From: Candidatus Velthaea sp.
Lineage (GTDB): Bacteria > Vulcanimicrobiota > Vulcanimicrobiia > Vulcanimicrobiales > Vulcanimicrobiaceae
DNA length: 16,463 nucleotides
Direction of reading: 5' to 3'
NCBI GenBank assembly: GCA_050012475.1
Contig: JBEKHC010000106.1
Location: 1 to 16,463, forward strand
Numbering within the stretch: position 1 is the first letter of the stretch; each line of letters begins with the position of its first letter. Shown here one piece after another: positions 1-7,399 of the stretch. The translations under genes were made by a program, and so were the position numbers. A model generated the notes under the pieces. That model saw nothing but the letters and a program-made list of their open reading frames with translations, was not told where the DNA came from and did not search any database.

Positions 1-2
1 TC

Positions 3-281
3 GTCGTCGAAGGCGTGCACGTCGAGCGCGAGGCGGTGCTGGGCGCGGGTGTCGTCCTGACCGCGTCGACGCCGATCGTCGACGTGCGCGGGAGCGAACC
101 GGTGACGAGCAAAGGCCGGATCGAAGCGCGCAGCGTTGTGATTCCGGGCACAATCCCGAAACGCTTCAATGCCGGCGAATTCGGCGTTCCCTGCGCGCTG
201 GTGATCGGCACCCGCAGCGCCTCGACCGATATCAAAACGTCGCTCAACGCGGTGCTGCGCGAATACGACGTCGCCGTGTGA
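3..281 (+). CDS. dapD: 2,3,4,5-tetrahydropyridine-2,6-dicarboxylate N-succinyltransferase, C-terminal part (5' truncated by window edge)
   Basis: Frame is open from position 3: VVEGVHVEREAVLGAGVVLTASTPIVDV...SVVIPG...CALVIG...KTSLNAVLREY. This matches the hexapeptide-repeat end and KTSLNxxLR tail of DapD. Confidence 0.9.
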   Translation, partial: VVEGVHVEREAVLGAGVVLTASTPIVDVRGSEPVTSKGRIEARSVVIPGTIPKRFNAGEFGVPCALVIGTRSASTDIKTSLNAVLREYDVAV

Positions 282-309
282 GCGGAGCGGTCGCGAGCGG
301 CATGCCGGC

Positions 310-1425
310 ATGAATCCCAAGCTTGCGGCGATCGAACCATCGTTGATTCGCGCCATCGCGGCGAAGAAAACGCCGGATGCGATCGACCTCGGCTTGGGCG
401 AACCGACGCTGTTGCCCCAGATGCGGTTCATCGAGTCGGCGACGCGCTGGGCCAGCGAGTTCGGACTCAAGTACACCGTCAACGCCGGCGACGCGGCCAC
501 GCGCGCGCGGGTCGCGGCGCACTACGGTTATCCTGGGATGGCGGCCGCCGAGAACGTTTGCTTGACCACCGGCTCGCAAGAAGCCGTGTATGCGGCGTTC
601 AAAGCGCTGCTCGACCCGGCGGCCGATGAAGTGCTGGTGGTCGAACCGGCATATCCTGCCTATTTGAAGATAGCACAGCTCGAAGGGATCGCGGCGCGCA
701 GCGTCTCGATGCACGAGCGCGACGGGTTTCGCTACGACGTCGACGTCATTCTGGCGGCGGTCGGGCCGCGGACGCGTCTGATCGTGATCGGTTCACCTGC
801 GAATCCGACCGGCCGGGTCATGACCCAGGCGCAGGTGCAGCAGTTGGCGCGGGGCCTGGGCGCCCGCGGCGGGCCGCCGGTCTGGGTGCTGCACGACGAG
901 ATTTATCGCGAGCTGACGTTCGTGGCCGACGCGGGGTACGTCGCCGCGGAATATCCGTATACGATCGTTACGAACTCGCTCTCGAAATCCAACGCCCTGA
1001 CCGGGCTGCGCATGGGTTGGGCGCTGGCGCCCTCACCGGCGATCGAAGCGATCGTGAAAACGCACGCCTGGCTGACCTCGACCGCCGGTACGTTCGGCCA
1101 GCGCGTGGCCTTCGAGATCTTCGGCGAACCGGGCGCGCTGCGCGAGCATGCGGTCTGGTACGCGCGTCAGCGGCAGGAGATCATCCGGGCACTGCGCGCC
1201 AGCGGGTTGGAATTCGTCGAACCCGACGGCGCGTTTTACGTTTGCGTCCGCTTGCCGCGGGGGACGGATTCGCTGGCAGCGGCGTACACGCTGGTCGAGA
1301 AGCGCGGGGTGGTCGCCATCCCGGGGCGCATTTTCGGGGCGGCGCTCGAAGGCTGGCTGCGCCTGAGTTTCGTCGCGCACCTCGATGCGTTCATCGAAGG
1401 ACTGCGTCGCATCGCTGCATTGTGA
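310..1425 (+). CDS. PLP-dependent class I/II aminotransferase (possibly DapC-like, from adjacency to dapD)
   Basis: 371 aa with LGLGEP, TTGSQEA, PAYPAY, SPANPTG, DEIY, SLSKSNALTGLRMG (PLP lysine), GAFY and LRLSF motifs. Substrate is inferred only from context. Confidence 0.9.
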   Translation: MNPKLAAIEPSLIRAIAAKKTPDAIDLGLGEPTLLPQMRFIESATRWASEFGLKYTVNAGDAATRARVAAHYGYPGMAAAENVCLTTGSQEAVYAAFKALLDPAADEVLVVEPAYPAYLKIAQLEGIAARSVSMHERDGFRYDVDVILAAVGPRTRLIVIGSPANPTGRVMTQAQVQQLARGLGARGGPPVWVLHDEIYRELTFVADAGYVAAEYPYTIVTNSLSKSNALTGLRMGWALAPSPAIEAIVKTHAWLTSTAGTFGQRVAFEIFGEPGALREHAVWYARQRQEIIRALRASGLEFVEPDGAFYVCVRLPRGTDSLAAAYTLVEKRGVVAIPGRIFGAALEGWLRLSFVAHLDAFIEGLRRIAAL

Positions 1426-1433
1426 GCCCGCAC

Positions 1434-1823
1434 TTAGGGAGCGAACGCCCGCACGAGCAGCGTGCCGCCGTAGGCGGCAGTGACGCCCGCGATCACGCTG
1501 CCCAACGCGTACGCCGCACCTTGCGTGGCCGACACGGAGCCGCTCAGATTGTAGACCTCGAAGGCGTACGTGGAAAAGGTCGTGTAGCCGCCCAAGATGC
1601 CGGTGGCAAAGAACAGCCGCAAGTAGGGGTTGAGGCCGGCGCGCGACAGTGCGAGTTGCAGCACGATGCCGATCAGTAATGAACCGCTGACGTTGATCGT
1701 GAACGTGCCCCACGGGAAGCCTGTCCCCACGCGGGCCACGAACCAGCTCGAAATCAGATAGCGCAGGACGGATCCCAACGCGCCGCCGATGGCAACGGCG
1801 GCAACCGCAACGGACTGCTGCAT
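1434..1823 (-). CDS. crcB: Fluoride efflux channel Fluc/CrcB
   Basis: 129 aa with four hydrophobic segments and the GGALG...LRY, FPWGTFTIN and GILGGYTTFSTY signature motifs. Confidence 0.95.
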   Translation of the reverse strand: MQQSVAVAAVAIGGALGSVLRYLISSWFVARVGTGFPWGTFTINVSGSLLIGIVLQLALSRAGLNPYLRLFFATGILGGYTTFSTYAFEVYNLSGSVSATQGAAYALGSVIAGVTAAYGGTLLVRAFAP

Positions 1824-1854
1824 GACCGGCCAGCGTTCTTCGGCGGCGTGCGGG

Positions 1855-2706
1855 CTACTGCTGAGCGGCGGCGTACGCGCGCGCGGTGCGTTCGACCGCG
1901 GCGAGCGGTGCGAGTCCGATGAGCTCGCTGCGTCCGGTTGCGACCCCTTCGCGCGCAGCGAGCCGGCGGACGAGTTCGCGCACGCGATAGAGCGGCGTCG
2001 CCTCGAAGTCGGTGATGTTGAAACTCACCTGCACGCGCCGCGCGTCGAGCCGAATCCCCAGCGCGCGCAGCGTGCGCAGTCCCCCGTCGCGTTCGCGCAA
2101 ACGGGCGGCGATGCGCCGCGCAACACCGAGGTCCGGTGTTTCCAGTTCGACGTTGAATGCGATGAGGATCGGCCGCGCGCCGATCGCGATCGCGCCGGCC
2201 CGGGCGTGCGGCACGTCGCCGTAGTCGAACGCCCAGCGCGGATCCTCGAGCTTGCGTTCCAGACCCTCGAATTCGCCGCGCCGCACGTCGGCCAGCAGCG
2301 CGCGATGCGCGGCCGACGCGGCCGCGCCGTATAAGAACGACGGGATGCGCAGCTCGTCCCAGATCTGCGCAGCGGCCCGATGCGCGAGCCCCACCGCGTC
2401 CGCGAGCGTCGCGCTGCCGAGCGGAACGAACGGCAGGACGTCGAGTGCGCCCAGCCGTGGATGCGCGCCGCGATGTTCGCGCAAATCGATCAGATCGTGA
2501 ACCGCCTGCGCGAGGGCGATCGCGGCGGCAACCACTTCGTCTGCCGAGCCGAGCGCGGTGATGACGCTGCGATGGTGGACGGCATCGCTGGTCCGGTCGA
2601 CGACGCGCGCACCGGCGCCGGCGATGGCCGCTGCGCACGCGTCGACGATCGCCGAATCGCGGCCTTCGCTGATGTTGGGAACGATCTCGAACGCTGGGCC
2701 GGCCAT
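1855..2706 (-). CDS. ftcD: Glutamate formiminotransferase (stand-alone FT domain)
   Basis: EIVPNISEGRD, HHRSVIT, IDLREHRGAHPRLGALDVLPFVP, RRGEFEGL, GARPILIAFNV, QVSFNITD and SELIGLAP motifs. No cyclodeaminase domain follows. Confidence 0.93.
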   Translation of the reverse strand: MAGPAFEIVPNISEGRDSAIVDACAAAIAGAGARVVDRTSDAVHHRSVITALGSADEVVAAAIALAQAVHDLIDLREHRGAHPRLGALDVLPFVPLGSATLADAVGLAHRAAAQIWDELRIPSFLYGAAASAAHRALLADVRRGEFEGLERKLEDPRWAFDYGDVPHARAGAIAIGARPILIAFNVELETPDLGVARRIAARLRERDGGLRTLRALGIRLDARRVQVSFNITDFEATPLYRVRELVRRLAAREGVATGRSELIGLAPLAAVERTARAYAAAQQ

Positions 2707-3539
2707 CAGGGCGCGCAGTGCAGCCGGATGATGCCGTCCGGATCCGTTTGAAACACGCAGGTAGCGAGCAGCGCGGCAACCGTTCCCGGATCGGGCGGAG
2801 GCACCGCCGAACCAGGGATATTCCCCACCAGCCGATAGAGTGCGAGCAGCCGCATGTTGTTGCCGTCATGCGCGCCGATGTTCGCCTGGAGGGTCGAGTA
2901 ATTGTTGATGACCGCCAGCGTCGCGGCGATGCTCGAATTATTGGAATGTGCGTTGGCGAGCGCGATCACGCCCGCGGTCCCGGTCAGCGAGAGAAAATAC
3001 GGCGCGAAGCGGCCCTCGCCGTAGGGCGACGACTCGTCGAGCGGATAATGCAGAATCTCGCGCCCCGAGCAGTCGAAGATCCGGAAGGCGAGATCGGCTT
3101 CTTCGACCTGATGACCGATGAAGATGAAATTTTGCTGGCGCCCGACGAACCGTGCCAGCCGAAGCTCGAGAATGCCGGCGTCCGTCCCGTCATGGCATTC
3201 TTTGTCGCCGTTGAGCGGCACCCACACGATCGACCGCGGCTCGCCGAAGTCGTTGGTGGGTGCCGTCTGAGCCGCGATCCGGTCGAGGATGAGCTGCAGC
3301 GTACCGGCGATGTCGATGACGTCGCTGTTGATCGCTGCGGCCGATTCGGCGAAGTCGACGTCCATGACCAGCGAATTGCGCCGGCGCAGATCGCTGGCCG
3401 GCTTGGGCGCTTCGCCCGAGACGTGCGGCCGGGCGGTCGGCGAGGCCTGCGGCTCGGGGTGGGGGCGAGCTGCCGTGAGCGCGGCGATGAGCGCGAGCCC
3501 GGCGATGCCGGCCGCGAGCGCGCGCCGCTGCAGCGTCAA
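2706..3539 (-). CDS. Hypothetical exported or membrane-anchored protein
   Basis: 277 aa. The TTG start overlaps the radA stop (TTGA) and the stop overlaps the ftcD ATG (TGATG). Signal-peptide-like N-terminus, Pro-rich linker and four Cys. No family recognised. Confidence 0.75.
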   Translation of the reverse strand: MTLQRRALAAGIAGLALIAALTAARPHPEPQASPTARPHVSGEAPKPASDLRRRNSLVMDVDFAESAAAINSDVIDIAGTLQLILDRIAAQTAPTNDFGEPRSIVWVPLNGDKECHDGTDAGILELRLARFVGRQQNFIFIGHQVEEADLAFRIFDCSGREILHYPLDESSPYGEGRFAPYFLSLTGTAGVIALANAHSNNSSIAATLAVINNYSTLQANIGAHDGNNMRLLALYRLVGNIPGSAVPPPDPGTVAALLATCVFQTDPDGIIRLHCAP

Positions 3540-4855
3540 TCGAGCGCCGCGCGCACGGCCTGGTCGATGTCGCGGACGCCGTCAGGCGCGAGGACGCGCG
3601 TGAAACCGAGCTTGGCCGCTTCGGCAGCGCGGCGCGTTGCCTGACCGACGCGGCGGACTTCGCCCGACAGCCCCAACTCGCCGAACGCCGCGACGTTGCC
3701 CGGGATCGCCGCGTTGCGAAATGCCGAGGCGATCGCGAGCGCGATTCCGAGGTCGGCGGCCGGCTCGCTGATGCGCAAGCCGCCCGCGACCGATGCGTAG
3801 ATGTCGTGCCCGCCGAGGTTGAGCCCCGCCCGCCGTTCGAGCACCGCGATGATCATTGCAAGGCGGGCCGGGTCGAGATTGGCCGCCAGCCGCCGCGGGG
3901 TGCCGTAGGCGGTTTCGCCGACGAGCGCCTGGATCTCGACGAGCACCGGCCGGGTGCCGACTAGCGACGGCACCACGCACGAACCGCTGGGCCGGTCGCC
4001 CCGCCCGTGCAAAAACAGCGCCGACGGATCCGCGATCTCGGTCAGCCCGCGATCGTGCATCGAGAAGACGCAAATCTCGTCGACCGAGCCGAACCGGTTT
4101 TTGTAGGCGCGGACGATCCGGTATTCGCCGCTCGCGTCGCCCTCGAAGTACAGCACGGTGTCGACCAAGTGCTCGAGCAGCCGCGGGCCGGCGATCGAGC
4201 CGTCCTTGGTGATGTGCCCCACGAGAAACGTCGCGCAGCCGGTGCGCTTGGCAAACTCCATGAGCTGCTGGGTGCAGTCGCGGATTTGAGAAACGCTGCC
4301 GGCGTAGGACTCGCCGTCGGGCAGCCACATCGTCTGGATCGAGTCGACGATGAGGATGTCGGGTTTGCGCGCTTCGAGGTCGTCGAGAATCGCGCGCAGA
4401 TTGGTCTCGGCGAAGACCAGCAGCGACTCGCCGATACCGATCCGCTGCGCGCGCAGCTTGGTCTGGGCCGCCGATTCCTCGCCGCAGACGTAAACGACCG
4501 TCGCGCCGCTGGCGCCCAGGCGTTCGGCGATCTGCAGCAGCAGGGTGGATTTGCCCGCCCCCGGCGGACCGCCCAAGAGCACCAAGCTGCCGGGAACGAG
4601 TCCGCCGCCCAGGCAGGCGTCAAACTCCGCCATCCCCGTGCGGGCGCGGACGATCCGCCGGTCATCGATCTCGGCCAGCCGAATCGGTCCCGACGTGACC
4701 GACGTCGAGCGGATCGCCGAGCCGCGAGCAGCCGGCCGAAGCACGGGCGCCTCGGCGAAGGTGTTCCAGGCGTCGCAGCCCGGGCAGCGTCCCAGCCAGC
4801 GTGCCGACTCGAATCCGCACGCGCCGCAGAAGAACGTGCTCTTGGTCTTCGCCAT
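3536..4855 (-). CDS. radA: DNA repair protein RadA/Sms
   Basis: Start set at MAKTKS (4855), giving 439 aa. Zn finger CGACG...CPGC, Walker A GPPGAGKST, DSIQT, GHITKDG.IAGP..LEHLVD, KNRFG motif and a Lon-like C-terminus (GELGLSGEVR). Confidence 0.97.
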   Translation of the reverse strand: MAKTKSTFFCGACGFESARWLGRCPGCDAWNTFAEAPVLRPAARGSAIRSTSVTSGPIRLAEIDDRRIVRARTGMAEFDACLGGGLVPGSLVLLGGPPGAGKSTLLLQIAERLGASGATVVYVCGEESAAQTKLRAQRIGIGESLLVFAETNLRAILDDLEARKPDILIVDSIQTMWLPDGESYAGSVSQIRDCTQQLMEFAKRTGCATFLVGHITKDGSIAGPRLLEHLVDTVLYFEGDASGEYRIVRAYKNRFGSVDEICVFSMHDRGLTEIADPSALFLHGRGDRPSGSCVVPSLVGTRPVLVEIQALVGETAYGTPRRLAANLDPARLAMIIAVLERRAGLNLGGHDIYASVAGGLRISEPAADLGIALAIASAFRNAAIPGNVAAFGELGLSGEVRRVGQATRRAAEAAKLGFTRVLAPDGVRDIDQAVRAALD

Positions 4856-4887
4856 CAATCGGTTTTTTCCGGCGGCATCGTCACCAT

Positions 4888-4901
4888 CGTGAACCTTCAC
4901 G
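4888..4901. promoter_or_regulatory. Operator-like palindrome in the radA/cmk divergent intergenic region
   Basis: Perfect inverted repeat CGTGAA-CC-TTCACG. The regulator is unknown and a chance occurrence is possible. Confidence 0.25.
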
Positions 4902-5022
4902 CGATCACGTCGTTGCGTGGTGCGGCAAGCCGTTCCCGCACCGCAGTCGAGGGTTTGAGCGCCGGCACATCACGCATGTTACAGGCCGAGCGCACCTTGG
5001 GCCGCGAATGCGTTGGCCCGGT

Positions 5023-5697
5023 ATGTCGAACCGTCACGTGGCCATCGACGGCCCATCCGCATCCGGGAAAACGGTCGTCTCGCACGCGCTTGCGATCCGG
5101 CTGGGAATTCTGTACCTCGATACCGGTGCCATGTATCGGGCGGTCGCTTATCTGGCGCTCCGCAACGGGGTCGAACTCGACAACGACGCGGCGCTGGTCG
5201 AAATGTTCGCGCGCCACAGCTTGGGCATCGTCGCCGACGAGGCGGCGCACAACGGCTATCGCGTCCTCGTCGACGAGGCTGACGTTTCGGCGCGCTTGAC
5301 CCAGCCCGAGGTGACCGCGGCGGTTTCCACGGTCGCCGCCGCGCCCCATATCCGGGCGGCGCTCGTCGCACGGCAGCGCGCCATCGCCGCCGCCGAGCCG
5401 GTCGTGATGGCGGGCCGCGACATCGGGACGGTCGTGCTGCCCGACGCGCGCTATAAGTTCTTTCTCACCGCATCGCTGGCCGAGCGGGCGAAGCGGCGGA
5501 CGCTGGAGCTCGCCGCGAGCGGCATCGACATCAGCGGCTCGGACGTGGCCGCGCAGCTTGCCGAGCGCGACCGGCTCGATATGGCCCGGGTAACGTCGCC
5601 GCTGCGGGCGGCCGCGGACGCGGTTCGCGTCGACTCGACCGACCTTGACATCCCCGGCGTGCTCGAGGTCATGCTCGCCGACATGAGCCGCAAATGA
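5023..5697 (+). CDS. cmk: Cytidylate kinase
   Basis: Start set at MSNRHVAIDGPSASGKT (ATG 5023), giving 224 aa. YLDTGAMYRA, GRDIGTVVLPDA, ERD..D..R..SPL motifs. Confidence 0.96.
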   Translation: MSNRHVAIDGPSASGKTVVSHALAIRLGILYLDTGAMYRAVAYLALRNGVELDNDAALVEMFARHSLGIVADEAAHNGYRVLVDEADVSARLTQPEVTAAVSTVAAAPHIRAALVARQRAIAAAEPVVMAGRDIGTVVLPDARYKFFLTASLAERAKRRTLELAASGIDISGSDVAAQLAERDRLDMARVTSPLRAAADAVRVDSTDLDIPGVLEVMLADMSRK

Positions 5698-6290
5698 CGC
5701 CGTTCTACCGCTTCGCGCATGCGTTCTGCAAGCTCGTCTTCATACTGCTGTGGCGCTTCAAGGCCAACGGCGCCGAGAACGTTCCGGCGACGGGGCCGGT
5801 CATCGTGGCCTGCAATCACCTGTCCTATCTCGACCCGGTTGCGGTCGGGATCGGGCTGCCGCGGATGGTCACGTATCTGGCCAAAAAAGAGCTGTTCGAC
5901 ATGCCGGTGCTGGGATTTTTCGTGCGCGGCTGCGGTGCGTACCCGCTTGACCGTGAAGCCGGCGGCGTCGCCGCGGTGCGCGCAGCGTTACGGGTGCTCA
6001 AAGACGGCCGCTGCATCGGCATTTTCCCCGAAGGCACCCGCAATTTGACCGGCACGGCCGGCGAGAAAGGCGGCGCGGCGTTCCTGGCCGCCCTGTCCGG
6101 CGCTCCGGTCGTGCCGGCTGCGGTCTCCGGCACCAAGGATGCGAAGCGCTTGGCCCGCATTCGCGTGGTTTACGGAAAACCGATGCTCGTCACACGGAAC
6201 CGGAAAGCGGACAGCGACGATCTAGAGAAGTGGACGGCGGAGATCATGCGCAACATCCGTGTCCTCGAGGAGTCGATCGGTGGAAATTAG
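5694..6290 (+). CDS. plsC: 1-acyl-sn-glycerol-3-phosphate acyltransferase
   Basis: NHLSYLD (HxxxxD), AKKELF and IFPEGTR motifs. ATGA overlap with cmk. Confidence 0.92.
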   Translation: MTPFYRFAHAFCKLVFILLWRFKANGAENVPATGPVIVACNHLSYLDPVAVGIGLPRMVTYLAKKELFDMPVLGFFVRGCGAYPLDREAGGVAAVRAALRVLKDGRCIGIFPEGTRNLTGTAGEKGGAAFLAALSGAPVVPAAVSGTKDAKRLARIRVVYGKPMLVTRNRKADSDDLEKWTAEIMRNIRVLEESIGGN

Positions 6291-6423
6291 GCGGGCCAAA
6301 CCTCAAGGGGATTGCTTGCGCGCGCCGGATTCCAACCGCAAGCGGACGGCCGGATCGACGCCGAATGTGCCCGCCCCGAACGCCACGGATCGGATGGATG
6401 CGCTCAGTCGTCGCGCAGTCTAG
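6280..6423 (+). pseudogene. ispH: Probable 5' relic of 4-hydroxy-3-methylbut-2-enyl diphosphate reductase (IspH/LytB)
   Basis: GAGGAG (6267-6272) lies 7 nt before GTG 6280. The 47-codon ORF begins MEIRRAKPQGDCLRA and aligns without gaps to the IspH N-terminus (E. coli MQILLANPRGFCAGV), including Cys12. It sits at the usual cmk-plsC-ispH position. Confidence 0.6.
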
Positions 6424-7399
6424 TTTCGAGCGCGCTCTCGAAGCGGCGATCACCCGCTACGATAGTACCGCTCCCATAACGGCGATGATCCGTTATCATT
6501 TCGGCTATGCGTGCGCGGGCCCCGATCGTCAGGGAAAGCGCCTGCGGCCGATGCTGCTCTTGACGGTCGCGCAAGAAGAGGGCGGTTCGCTCGAAGCCGC
6601 GCTCGATGCGGCGTGTGCGATCGAGATCTTGCACAATTACTCGCTGGTCCACGACGATATCGAAGACGGAGACCGCCTGCGGCACGGGCGCGACACCGTG
6701 TGGGCGAAATGGGGGACCGCGCACGGCATCAACGCCGGCGACTCGTTGTGCGCGATCAGTTACCTGGCGTTGCTGGAGAGCGACGTTCCGCGGCCCGCCG
6801 AGCGGACGGTCGCGATGACGCGCGCGCTGCATGAGGCCAACCTCGCAATGTGCGCCGGACAGGGACGCGATATCGCGTTCGAGGCCGAAACGCGAGTGAC
6901 GATGGACGACTACGTCGCGATGATCGCCGGGAAGACGGCGGCGCTCTTCGGCGCGGCTTGCGAGATCGGCGCGTTGGCGGCCGGCGCCGATCCGGCGCGC
7001 GCACGCGCTTACGCCCAGCTGGGCTTGGCGTACGGACTGGGTTTTCAGATCGAAGACGACGTACTGGGCACCTGGGGTGAACCGGGCACGACCGGCAAGC
7101 CCGTCGGCTCGGATCTGGCGCGGCGCAAATGGACCTTTCCGGTCGTTTGGGCGCTCAACGGTCCGCCTTCGCCGGCGCGCGATGTCGTCGCCGGACGGTA
7201 CGCCCGCCGCGGTGCCCTGCTGCCCGACGACGTGACCGCGACGATGGCGGCGCTCGAAGCGTTGGGCGTTCGCGACGCCGCGACGGTGCACGCTCAGACC
7301 TATTTCGATCGCGCCGATACGATCGCGCGGGAGAACGCGATCGACGCGAGCGGACGCGTTCGGGCCTTTCTGGCTGCGAACGTTCGCCGCGTCGTCTGA
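6398..7399 (+). CDS. Trans-polyprenyl diphosphate synthase, probably short-chain (FPP/GGPP, IdsA-like)
   Basis: GKRLRP, HNYSLVHDDIEDGD..RHGR (FARM with aromatic Tyr at -5), GQ..D, KTAALF, FQIEDDVLG and GKPVGSDL motifs. Start taken at ATG 6398, giving 333 aa. Confidence 0.92.
   Translation: MRSVVAQSSFERALEAAITRYDSTAPITAMIRYHFGYACAGPDRQGKRLRPMLLLTVAQEEGGSLEAALDAACAIEILHNYSLVHDDIEDGDRLRHGRDTVWAKWGTAHGINAGDSLCAISYLALLESDVPRPAERTVAMTRALHEANLAMCAGQGRDIAFEAETRVTMDDYVAMIAGKTAALFGAACEIGALAAGADPARARAYAQLGLAYGLGFQIEDDVLGTWGEPGTTGKPVGSDLARRKWTFPVVWALNGPPSPARDVVAGRYARRGALLPDDVTATMAALEALGVRDAATVHAQTYFDRADTIARENAIDASGRVRAFLAANVRRVV

Noticed and set aside
4845..4900. Possible fluoride riboswitch on the minus strand ahead of the radA...crcB run (GGTGACGATGCCGCC...AAACCG...TGATG)
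   Set aside because: The resemblance is superficial. P1 is mismatched, there is no second stem or pseudoknot partner, and it overlaps the radA start. The 31-nt gap directly before crcB has no such motif either.
4888..4901. LexA/SOS box upstream of radA
   Set aside because: It does not match the Gram-positive GAAC-N4-GTTC or the E. coli CTG-N10-CAG consensus. Kept only as an unassigned palindrome.
1754..5349. Long overlapping ORFs 1754..2869, 2718..3644, 4007..5299 and similar
   Set aside because: They are shadow frames of ftcD, the hypothetical gene, radA and cmk, with no recognisable domains.
4801..7398. Long N-terminal extensions in the ORF track for radA (4900), cmk (4801), prenyl synthase (6230) and glycosyltransferase (7129)
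   Set aside because: Family N-termini and stop/start overlaps support the shorter starts at 4855, 5023, 6398 and 7399.
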